Below, in pieces: positions 22,240 to 33,390 of a DNA stretch of 64,000 nucleotides. This DNA is from Podarcis erhardii (Eukaryota), in the NCBI GenBank assembly GCA_964252035.1, contig OZ176206.1; one strand, 5' to 3'. A program made the position numbers and the translations under genes. Below the pieces are notes generated by a model. The model made no database searches and was not told the origin of the DNA. It saw nothing but the letters and a program-made list of their open reading frames with translations. Position 1 is the stretch's first letter; each line of letters opens with the position of its first letter.

Positions 22240-25211
22240 ATCTAGCCCAACCCTCAGCAATGCAGGAATATGCAGCTGTCCCATACGGGGATCGAACCTG
22301 CAACCTTGGTATTACCAACACCATGCTCTAACTATAAATAATAGTACCAGAGTGTGCCTCTGTTCAGTTTTATTTTTTTAATACATTATATACCCCTTGA
22401 TTGTAGGGAAAGCGGTATCCAAAAAAACAAAAAACAAACTTATCAGTAAAAAGTAAATAAATACAGCCATGATTTAAAACATACAGAAAGTTAAAACCGC
22501 AATAGAATAGACGAAAGACAAATGGAAACTCCTACGAACTTCCTAAACATCTGGGTAGGCTTGTCTAAATAAGAAGGCAGGCACCTGGGCAACTGACAGA
22601 TGGGACAGAGAGGGAGAAGTCCACTTCCTGCATCTGCTCCTTCTCTGGCTGATGGAGGGGGCCTGGCTAGTCTTGCCCCCATTGCTACAAGCTCTTCCTT
22701 GAGAGGCAGCAGGTGCACCCTCCTAGTGTCCTTTGACCTCCTGACTAATGGAGCAGTGGGTGCTCCCCTTCAGCTCTGAGGTCCTGGGTCAACTCGTAGA
22801 AACCCCACATCCTGGCAGCAACCCCCCCACACACCGCCACTCTCCTGTTTGTGATTCATTTTCATAGTGGGTGGGAGGCCAGAGAAGCTGGCTCTCTGAT
22901 CCATGGGCATGATGGAGCATGTCAGTAGCCCGACAGCATGTGCAAAGCTATCAGGCTGTCTGCCTGCAAGAGCTGCCTGGACGTGTCAAAACCGGGAGCT
23001 GATCGCAGCTGCCATATCTGCCCCATGCCCCTCCCTCCCCTCCCCTTGCCACGCCAGCCAGCTGGTAACTGATAGATAATTAGTATTTTTCTCAAGTCCA
23101 ATCGCGGCAGCAGCAATGGCAGCTGTGGGACACGCTGCCTCCCTTCTTTAGCACTCTCCCAAAAAGCATGGGGGATGCTTGAAGTGAGAAAAGCACCTTT
23201 GGCCCTCCACGCCTTGTATGCTGCTGTGGAGACTTGCAAGAAGGTGGGGACATAAGCACACAGAAGAAGAGGAGGCCTGATGGACACCTAGCCCAGCGTT
23301 CTGCTCTCAGGGTCACCAGCCAAATGCGTGTGGGAAGCCCACAAGTAAGAGCCAGATGCAGCAGGGAATGCAAACTTCACTGGAGGCTTCTAAGCAGAGG
23401 TTGACGGTGGCCATATTGACAAAGTGATTCTTTAGCTGTGATTCTGGCATTGCAGGGGGTTGGACTAGATGGCCCATGGGGTCCCTTCCAACTCTCCAAT
23501 TCCATGATCCTGTGACCCCCTGCCATTCCCAGCAACTGGTATCCAAAGGCACACATTGTCTCCATCTGTGGAGGCAGCACATAGCCATAGCAGAGAGTAG
23601 CCACTGATGGGTATCCTCCATGAATTTGTCTAACCCTTGTTTAAAACTTATTCAAGCTGGTTTGGGCAAAAGAAGGGGTAATGAACATGTCTAGTTTGCA
23701 TTGTTTATATTCTGCCATCAGCGTAAACTACACTTAATAAATGTAACTGTCTGCTTGAGATGCTTCAAGTCTAAATTCAGACCAAAAGTTGGAGTAGGGT
23801 TGCCATGTGTCTGGAATTTCCTGGATGTAGCTGGCAATCGGAAACATTGTCTGGGCAGAAATAGCTGAAACTATGGCAAGCCATGTTGGCAGTGTCATTT
23901 TTGGTGTGCCCCCCCCCAAAAAATAGCTCAAAAATGTCAATATTTTCGAGCCCAACAACTTTTCTGTTCAGATTTAAAATATGGAAACCCTAGTTTGGAG
24001 TGAGGAAGTGGGCAAAAGAGGAGGAGGGAAAATGAATGGAGAGGAAAAGGAAAGGGGGATTATTTCCAGCAATCCAGCAATCGCTATCATGCACACGCAT
24101 TGGTTTCTTCCAGTTTAAAAGTGCTCATGTGAAGCAGCCTTATAGCTCAGACTCTTTGTTAGTCTCACCTAGGCTGCATTCACATGACAGTTTGTCACAA
24201 CTTTCCCCTTACTGTAACATTCCACATTAAATTTTAGCTTTCATCCAACATCAAAGCCACTTCTGGAACTATAGAGGAATGTATAGTGCAACTTTAGTGC
24301 TCATTTTCGTGTTATTTGCTTCCAGGAAAAAAAACTCATTTGCAGATAATATGGAAACGAGTGCTAAACTTGCACTATATTCTCTATAGTTCTGGAAGTG
24401 ACTTCTACATTGTGTGAAATTTCAAGAGTTAGCAGGGCCATAGTATGATGAATTCGCTCGCAGGATTTGTTCTATGAGCAACAGAAGGAATTAGAGATTA
24501 TTGAATCATTGTTATGATATAAAAGATAGAAGATAGGGTGCTGCAAGGGGGAGAAATAAAAAAAACACAATGGAAAAGGGATTGTGACGTTGACAAAACA
24601 AAAGAAAAAATCGTGATATATTAGAGTGTATATGTTACATTGTCATGTATCGGAATGTTTATGTGAAATTGCTGGAAATTTATTAAAATATATTGAAAGA
24701 AAAAAAGAGTTAGCAGGACCAGCCCACCCATTAGACAGGGCGAAGCAGCTGCCTCAGGCAGTGGAAGCTCTGTGGGTGCCAGCAGAGAAGTGGCACCAGC
24801 AGTGGTGCCAATTTCTGGGAAGATCTTACTGGAAATTGGCGCCAATGCCAATGGCAGAGGCAGCACTGTGTAGGTGGCACGGCAGGCGGCTCAATGGGTG
24901 GAGCTGCACCTCAAGCATCATGCGCTGCCCCTGACAGTTGAGGAAATGTCATGCAAAATGGAATAAACTGCCCTGTGAATGCAACCCCTATTTTTATCCA
25001 GCAAACAGAGTCTTTGGGCCCCTCCAGGTAACCTTCTTTACTGAGCCTTCATCCAGATTTGCTTGCACAGACAAGGGAGAGATTTGACTGGGTTGTCTCC
25101 CGCGTTAGTCCTACTCATTGCAGACACACAGGAATTAATTGATGTGACTAACCTCAGTCCATTCATTTCAGTGGGCCTACTCTGAGTATGACTTCCTTGG
25201 CTGCAACCCTT

Positions 25212-25723
25212 TGTTGTTGTTTAGTCGTTTAGTCATGTCCGACTCTTCGTGACCCCATGGACCAGAGCACGCCAGGCACTCCTATCTTCCACTGCCTCCC
25301 GCAGTTTGGTCAAACTCAGGTTTGTAGCTTCAAGAACGCTGTCCAACCATCTCGTCCTCTGTCATCCCCTTCTCCTTGTGCCCTCAATCTTTCCCAGCAT
25401 CAGGGTCTTTTCCAGAGAGTCTTCTCTTCTCATGAGGTGGCCAAAGTATTGGTGCCTCAGCTTCAGAATCTGTCCTTCCAGTGAGCACTCAGGGCTGATT
25501 TCTTTAGGAATGGATAGGTTTGATCTTCTTGCAGTCCATGGGACTCTCAAAAGTCTCCTCCAGTACCATAATTAAAAAGCATCAATTCTTTGGTGATCAG
25601 CCTTCTTTATGGTCCAGCTCTCACTTCCAAACATCACTACTGGGAAAACCATAGCTTTAACTATACGGACCTTTGTTGACAAGGGGATGTCTCTGCTTTT
25701 TAAGATGCTGTCTAGGTTTGTCA
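25212..25723 (-). mobile_element. Bov-B (RTE) LINE 3' fragment
   Basis: Minus ORF MRVPWTARRSNLSIPKEISPECSLEGQILKL...; colinear with the 673-1205 copy; (AAC)n tail; no clear TSD. Confidence 0.9.
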
Positions 25724-28700
25724 CTGCTGCTGCCCAGCCTTTATTGAGTGTTTGTTATATGACATCAAGCATTTCTGCTGATTTGCTTGCACAGTGTTTA
25801 CACATCTTTGTGTTGGTCGTTTGTTCATCCCATGCCTTTCGATCCCATTTCCTTGTCACTTTCCTAATTGCCAAATGCCGTTTTTTTAAAGTGCATTTGT
25901 TGTGCTAGGGGCTATTCCAATTTAACTGTGCAAACCCCAGTTAACAGGTATGTGCTTGAAGCCCCCCTGACTATCTGAAGATGCCCTAAATGAGATACTG
26001 AATATCTGAAGATGCCCTAAAGGAGAAACAATGATAAATTGCAGGTGATCAATGGCTGCTTGTCAAGATGGCTGTGTATTACCTCCCATTTCAGAGGCAG
26101 CAGGACGCTGAATACTGATTCCTGCAAATCACAAGTAGGGAGAGTGTTGTTTTACTCAGGCCCTGCTAGTTAGCTTCGCAGAGGCATCTGGTTTGCCAGT
26201 GTAGGGATAAGATAGCCCCTTGGTCCAATTCAGCAAGGAACCTCACCGACTGCTAGAAGTCCAAGTGAAATGGTTGCTTTTCTTGTTGTTGAGTTCACCT
26301 GGAAGGCATTCCTGCCTTCCCCCCTCCCCCTTTAGCTTGTTGAGGCTCTCCAATTGCATGGGCAGGATCAAAGATGATCCCTTGTTGCATTAAGGCCAGA
26401 TTAAGAGCATTAACCATAAACTCCCACAAATACTCATGCCAGATTTCGACAAGAGTCTCACATATTTGAATGCAACACTAATTTTAATTGCTTTGTTTTC
26501 CTCTCATTGGAGTGATTCTGTGAATTCAACACAGGCTCCCTCTGGGACCCATCCCCATACCTCAGTTTCACAATCTGTAAAATCAGTAGGCAGGGGAAAT
26601 AGTTGTTCACCTTCTTGCGCTCTAAACCTGGGTTTGTTGACATCAGTGCCATAGCAGGCAGGTAGAAAGTTTTGTCCATATAAAGCAGGGGTGGGGAATC
26701 TCTTTTGACCTGGGGGCCACATTTCCTTCCAGACAACCTTCCAAGGGCCACATGCTAATAATGGGTTGCTCCAGTGGCTATACTGGGTGGTGCAATGAAT
26801 GTAAATTTCACCTTTGTACAGTAGACTAGTTTCTGCATACACACACAACTCTCTATCTTCCATCCAGACAAGCAAGAAGCACAGTCAGAGTTCAATGACA
26901 CATTCCAGAAAGGCAAAAACATGCAAGGAAGGTGCGAAATAGGGCACGGCCATTCTGGCTGGGGATGATGGAAGTTGTAGTCCAAAACATTTGCAGGGTA
27001 CTAGGTTGGTGAAGTCTGTTATGAAAGTAGTCAGGGCTGTTATCTTGGTAACCTAGCAATATCTATCAAGTTTCTTCCTTTATAGGCAAAGTGGTTTTGA
27101 TTTCACAGGGCCATTCATGTTTGTTATCAAAGGGCTCGTTTCTTTTATTACTCATTAATTGAAATGATACTGGGTTGGTCACTCAGGGTGACAACCAACA
27201 GCGTCCTACTCAGCATCCATTGAAATTAATGGAACTAAATTTGGCATGTTCATTATTTTCAATGGGTCTGCTTTGTATAGGACTAACGTTGAATGCAACT
27301 CACATTCATAAATGTCACATTCATTTTGTTCCTCGCATATTTATTAATTTACACATTCTTAAAATATACTGCTTAATGCAATATTGAAGTGTGTTATGAA
27401 AAGACATTAAAATTAAAATTTAGCAAAAAAATTTAGAACCTAAATAAAAACAAGACAAAACTTCATATCACGAATAAAACTGAGCATTATACAGAGCAGA
27501 GTTAAAAAGGAAAGCTTGGGGGAAAACCTTTAAGTTTTAAAGATGTCTTTAAAGATCATTATGGCCTCTGCCTCACAGATTCAATTGGACTTGCTCCCAA
27601 GTAAGTGGAGTTAGGGTTTCAGCCTAATTTGATGTTGTTTTTCCTTCCACTGGGGCAATTGAGAAAATAAATTGAAAGCTACTAGGACCAGTTAACATCA
27701 GCTCTACTGTGGACAGAGATGGTTCATTTGGAAAATGAAATGGCTCGTTCTTTTTATTCATTACAAAATGCACCCACCACTACCCTACTCTGTAAAAGTG
27801 CATGTTAGCTGTGTTGTTCCATTGGCTATTGCATAGTTGGAGATTGTAGAGCACGGAAAATTTTCAGAAAAGGACAGCAAAAATAATCATGCAGATGGAG
27901 CAACTCCCTTATGATGAAAGGTTACAACATTTGGTCTTGGGTTTTCCTCTCTCTTTTTTAGTTTAGATAAAAGGCAAATAAGAGAAGACATAGTTGTTGT
28001 TGCTTTTGTTACCTGACTGTTTGAGAGACAATGGATAGGAGTGTATAAAATCTGAGATGGTGTGAAAGTAGTGGGGAAATGCATGAGGTGGGGAGTAATT
28101 CTTCATGCAGTGAATAAACTGTGGAATCAGTGATGACCACCAACCCATATGGCTTTAAAAAGGGAGTTAAATACATTTGTGGAGAATAAGGCTATCATTA
28201 GCAACTAGCCGATATGAGCTACATTTTACCTGCATTGTTAGAGGCAGGATCCCTCTAAATACCAGTTGCTAGGAATCACAAGTGGGGAGATAGCCCTGTT
28301 GCCCTCTTTGCAGGCTTCTCATAAAGTAGCAGGCAACTGGTCGGCCACTGTGAAAACCAGCAAGCCCATCACCGTCCGTGTCAGGGGTAGCAAGATCTAC
28401 AAAACCTACTGCTCATTGTGTAAAGATTCCGCCAGCTCTGGACCACAATACCTTCCAAGAATGTTTCCTTCCCGCCCCCACCCTCTGCTCCCCGATTTTG
28501 GGTGGGTGGGTGAGTCTTGCTCTTATCCATAATAATGAAAAAATAAAATAAAATAAGGAGCCAAGCTTTGCGGTAGGCATGTGCTCTCATCTCCCAGGAT
28601 CCGTCCTAACAGATTTGGCCAAGCTGGTTAACGGTATTTGCGGTTTGCAAGATCCTACATGTCGAAGGGAAATGACAGACGCATTATTATCACCTCTCCG

Positions 28701-29855
28701 CTGCTATCTGCCCAAACCTGCCCAAACCAGGGAAGGGGGTCCTTGCAGCTGCTTGCTCAGGGAACGCAGAGAAATTAGCAGCCCGGGGCGCAATTTTTTT
28801 CCTTTCCCCCCCACCCCCCTTGCCTTGCTCCCTCTTTCCAGGGTAGCAGTTTCCTTAGGATCCATTGACTGCTGCATCCCCAAACACATCTGGAGGAAAA
28901 ACTCTAATGAGGAGAATGGAATGCAAAAAATAAAATAAAAAATCATCCTAACAAAAGAAAAATTAAGGGTGTGGCTTTTTAGGGGGGATGAGGATAGGAA
29001 TGAGTAGGAAACAACAGTAATGGTTTGGATCATTTCCTTTAAGAAAGAAGGAGGACAAACCCCTCCCTGTGCCTTTCAAGTCTAGACACTTCTGTGTCAA
29101 AAGCTGATGATAAACGGGATCTTATCAGTTGGGATTCTGTTGAGACACATCCACCTAGCGGTTCCGGACACAGAGATATTTCTCTGAAGGAATATTTCTG
29201 GGCAAGGCAAGGCTAGCCTTCAGCTCTCCAAATACTAAAGGGGGGGGTGAGAGAGAGACATTCATTGTCTCCCTCTTTTATTTTCTACAATGTATAAGGA
29301 GAGTTGGATCTTGCTATGAAGCAGCCAGAAGAGACTTTGAGGGTCGCAGAGTGGGAGGTGGAGAGATCCGATCTGGCAACTGGGTATGGGCTGCAGCTGT
29401 AGTGTGTGGGGGGGGGGGAGCTCAATGCCTTGCATGCAGAAGGTCCCAGGTTCAATCCCCAACATCTTCAGGTAGGGCTCAGAGAAACACCTTCCATAGC
29501 TTTGGAGAGTTGCTACCAGTCATTGTGGACAATCCTGAGCTAGATGGAGCAATGGCCAGAGAGCTTTTCTCTGCAAGTGTTTCTCCCCAAGTCAACTGAG
29601 AGAGAGTATGATGCCCTAGCACAATAAGCAAATGTTGTTAATCTATTTTTGATGGCCAGGCAGGCTCAGGACATGAGAGTCTAGGAAAAACAGTGAAGGG
29701 TCTACTATGACATATTGATTTGCATCCAACTGACTTCGTGCAAGACACCACTTTGGGGCAGGGATGTATATATAGATATAGGCACTGCAGGAATAACAAA
29801 ACGATATCCAAAAGAAATCTGTGGAATCCCCTGTCTCTCAAGAATCGTCCAAAGA

Positions 29856-30200
29856 GGAACGCGGGTGGCGTTGTGGTCTAAACCACTGAGACTCTTGGGC
29901 TTGCCAATCAGAAGGTCGCGGTTCGAATCTGCGTGATGGGGTGAGCTCCTGTTGCTCTGTCCCAGATTCTGCCAACCTAGCAGTTTGAAAGCATGCCAGT
30001 GCAAGTAGATAAATAGGTACCACTGCGGCGGGAAGGTAAAAAGCATTTTCATGCACTCTGGTTTCCGACACGGTATTCCAATGCACCAAAAGCGGATTAA
30101 TCATGCTGCTCACATGACCCAGAAAGCTGTCTGTGGACAAACATTGGCTCCCTCGGCCTGAAGCAAGATGAACACCCCATAGTTGCTTTTAACTGGTTGT
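29856..30200 (+). mobile_element. Sauria-type SINE
   Basis: GG(G/A)ACGCGGGTGGCG head with A/B-box-like motifs; CCAACCTAGCAGTT-GAAAGCA...GCAAGTAGATAAATAGGTACC body. Confidence 0.85.
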
Positions 30201-31394
30201 AATGCACAGGACTCCTATAAAATGCAGTGATGGTCATTGACTTGGAAATCTTTAAAGGGGGAATTAGACAAATTCATGAAGGATAAGGCTGTCAGTGGCT
30301 ACTGGCTGTGATGGCTCTGTTCCGCCTGCATGTCTCAGAAGCAATTGCTGGGATACCAGTTTCTGGAGCTCGCAAGAGGGGAGAATGCTGTTCTATTCAG
30401 CTCCTGCTTGTGGGCTTTCCATTGGGGCATCTGGTAGGCCACTGTGAGAAAAGGGTGCTGGTCCTGATGGGCTAACAGGACTATTGTGAACATTTCATAC
30501 ACATAATGCATTCAAAGGAAAGAGAAAAGAAAATTCCCCATATTTGAAGAATCCGAACCAAGTGCCTAATTGCATGGGACATCCATTTGCATAAAAAATA
30601 GCAAAGCCATCACCTGTCCCTGTCACCCCAAAAGTGTGTCTTACATCTGGTTTTCGTTTTACACCTAGACCAGGGTTTGGCATATTTCAGGCTAGTCAGT
30701 TCTACTCTGCTTTTTCACTAGAACCCCCAAGATTTTTCCAACCAAATGCAGAATAGGTGTTGTCAGCCATGATACAATACTTCACAATATGAGAATGATT
30801 ATTTATTGCCTCTCATTCACCCTCTTCTCAGCCACAATGTCCACCGTATCAGCTGCTGCTGTTGTTTTCATTTCACTCCATATAGGACAAATACCAGGGA
30901 CAGCTCCTTTGAAAAATTGCCAAATCAAAAGGCCAAACAACAAAGAACACCAGTCAGCTGTAATGATCCTGAAATGATCTGGTCTTTTCTCTTTGCAATA
31001 AAGGAAGAGGGAAATGGAAACAATGAGCGTGGTTTTCTTTTTATAACTAGACCAGGGTTTGGCACATTTCAGGCTAGTCAGTTCTACTCTGTCTTTAGCT
31101 AGAACCCCCCCCCCCAAGATCTCACAACCAGATGCATAATTGGTATTGTTGGCCACATAATGAGCCTAGTTGGTGCCCCCTAGGGCTGGTAGGGTGGGAG
31201 GCAGGGAGCCCAACAGTAGGCGGAGCCAGAGCCAATGACAGGCAGAGCCAACACATTCCAGTTTTGCACTAAACCTCCTCCCTGCTGGGTTCTATAAGAA
31301 CAACACTGAGATTAAAGAGGAAGAGGAAGCTGACGGGCCATGCTGCCCCTCGAACTGAAATAAACACAGGGTGTTAGAGATCAGCTAGGAGACC

Positions 31395-31610
31395 CAGCTT
31401 AGTGCAGTGGTTAGAGTGTTGGACTAGAAACTGGGAGACCAGGGTTCAAATTCCCACTTAGACATGAATTTTACTGGGCGGCTATGGGTCCCTCACTGCC
31501 TTAACCTGACTCACAGGGTTGTTGCGGGGATTAAATGAGGAAGAGGGGAGAACTATGTAACCCACCTTGAACTCCTTAGAGAAAAGGTGGCATATAAATG
31601 CAAAAAATAA
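31395..31610 (+). mobile_element. MIR-like SINE (other copies on minus near 14830-14930, 36240-36400, 41010-41205, 45600-45775)
   Basis: GTGCAGTGGTTAGAGTGTTGGACTAG...GGTTCAAATTCCCACT...CTCACAGGGTTGTTG-G-GGATTAAATGAGG core with A-rich tail. Confidence 0.7.
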
Positions 31611-31903
31611 ACAAAAATAAGAATTGTTGGGGTTTTTTTTCCAAATGGACCAGCCTCCACAGTCTGAGCATAAGAGTTTCCAGTTAAGTCACTTGGTTGT
31701 TAATTTATTTATTGGATATATAACCCACACTTCATCTTGAAGGAGACCAGGATGGCATCCTTTGTTTGGCAGCTGGGAGCCGGAAAGCACTTGTTGATCT
31801 GCTTCAAATCACCCAGAGATCCAGCAGGATAACCCAGTCTACTTTCTGCTCAGCCTAGAGTGCAACATAGGAGAAATCTGCTCCACTGCCCAGTGGGGAG
31901 GAG

Positions 31904-32425
31904 TTGTGGTGGACCGCGTGGCCACCCACTCCCCACTGGGGGTGGGGGACTTTATCCCCCGTTGCCTGGGGGATCCCAGCCACGTCAGAGCCCGGCCAGC
32001 CAATCCACTGGCCGGGGGACGTGGCCGGGTCCATTTAAACTGAGGAGCGAGCCAGAAGATTTCCTCTTTGGCTCGCTTCCTCAGTCGCCCGCCCTCCCTC
32101 CCTGTTATGCAGGTTAGGCAATGGCCTTGCTATAGACTTCGGTTGGTCGCCTTGGTTGTCCGAGGGGCCTGGTAGGAATTTTTCCACTTGGCAAATTGGC
32201 ACTGGCCACTTGTTTTTTGCCTACCTCGTAGCAATCGTCACAACTTTGTTAGGGTTGCGGGAGTTAGATATAGTCAGGTCCAATCAATGCCTAAGCCAAT
32301 ACCACTCACATTCTGTAATTCAATAAAGTTGTGGCCAAAATTTGCCCAATAACATAAACCTAATATCTGTGTTCTTGTGTGAGTTATTTCCAATGAGGGG
32401 GTGGCTGCGGGGTCTCGACACGCAA
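31904..32425 (+). mobile_element. LTR-like / DIRS-like terminal-repeat element without TSD
   Basis: CpG-rich block with TTG...CAA ends, CCAAT (32000), TTTAAA (32034-32039) and AATAAA (32322-32327) in promoter-to-polyA order; no TSD found. Family assignment uncertain. Confidence 0.5.
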
Positions 32426-33200
32426 CCTCTTCCTCTGATTTTAGCCCACTAATCACTCATTAATTGGGCCCCATCATTAGTGTTTGCAAATGACGATATA
32501 AATCACAGCCTAAGGCCCTCCTTGCCTGGAACTTGTTTTGTTACAGGGTTTCTCGCCCTGGGCAGGTTGCAACAAAGCAAGGGAAACGTTTTAAAAGCAA
32601 AAATGGAACCACTAACCCAAAACAGTCTTACAATATTGTAGTGATGGGGGACGTCAGGCTCGAGGACCAAATGCAGCCCTCAAGCCCTCTCTAGCCAGCC
32701 CTCAAAAAAACTCCCAGAGCCACACCCTTCACCAGCTCTGCTCTGCATCCTCCTTGAGTGACTTGGTCTGGCTGGAATATGCCCTTGAAATCTGGCAATG
32801 CCTTTTGCTTACCAAGCTGATGGAGGACAGAGTGGGGTGCCTGGATGTCTGTGCAGAAACTAGACCACTGTACAATCCACCTCTATTGCTTTGATCCCTT
32901 TAACCTCTGGCCCCGCCTTCCCCTGGCATGTGGCCCTATGGAGAATAGGTGGCCCTTGAGCTGAAAAAAGGTTCTTGCAATATTGCCTTGTCATAATTAG
33001 GGATATATTATTGTCAACAGCATGGGCTCTGAATGGGTTAATGGGATCTGGAAAAGCAGGAATCAGCTCCCCATCTGCTCCCAGTAATTTTGAAACTGAC
33101 TTGCGTTGCTATACTTCCCATCCCTCTCTTTTTCTCTCTCCAAGGGGCTCAGAGTGGTCTGTGTTGTCTCTCCCCCACGGCCAACATGTAGTTGGTGAAA

Positions 33201-33390
33201 GGGCCATGGCTCAGTGGAGGAGCCTCTGCCTTGCAAGCAGGAAGCCACAGGTTCAGTCCCTGCCATCTCCAGATAGGACTGGGAGAGACTCCTGTTTGAA
33301 ATCCTGGAAAGCTGCTGCCAGTCAGTGTGGACAATTCTAAGCTAGGTAGAGTAATGGCCTGACTCAGTATAAGGCAGCTTCCTGTGGTCC
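33201..33390 (+). mobile_element. tRNA-derived squamate SINE; representative of at least 10 copies (e.g. 12680-12870, 29410-29560, 38740-38900, 41758-41939, 44670-45140, 46320-46450, 50340-50530)
   Basis: Recurrent GCTCAGTGG-AGAGCA-CTGC-TTGCATGCAGAAGGTCCCAGGTTCAATCCC...TCCAGGTAGGGCTGGGA...GCTGCCAGTCAGTGT-GACAATACTGAGCTAGATGG...GGCAGCTTCCT. Confidence 0.8.

Noticed and set aside
28262-28275. RFX-like GTTGCTAGG motif (relevant to the role of p73 in ciliogenesis)
   Set aside because: It lies within a CR1-derived repeat where the motif is part of the consensus; other X-box-like hits are too degenerate to call.
29113-29130. TCTTATCAGTT 11-mer matching U2 snRNA (also at 52497)
   Set aside because: No flanking U2 sequence; too short to support a snRNA pseudogene.
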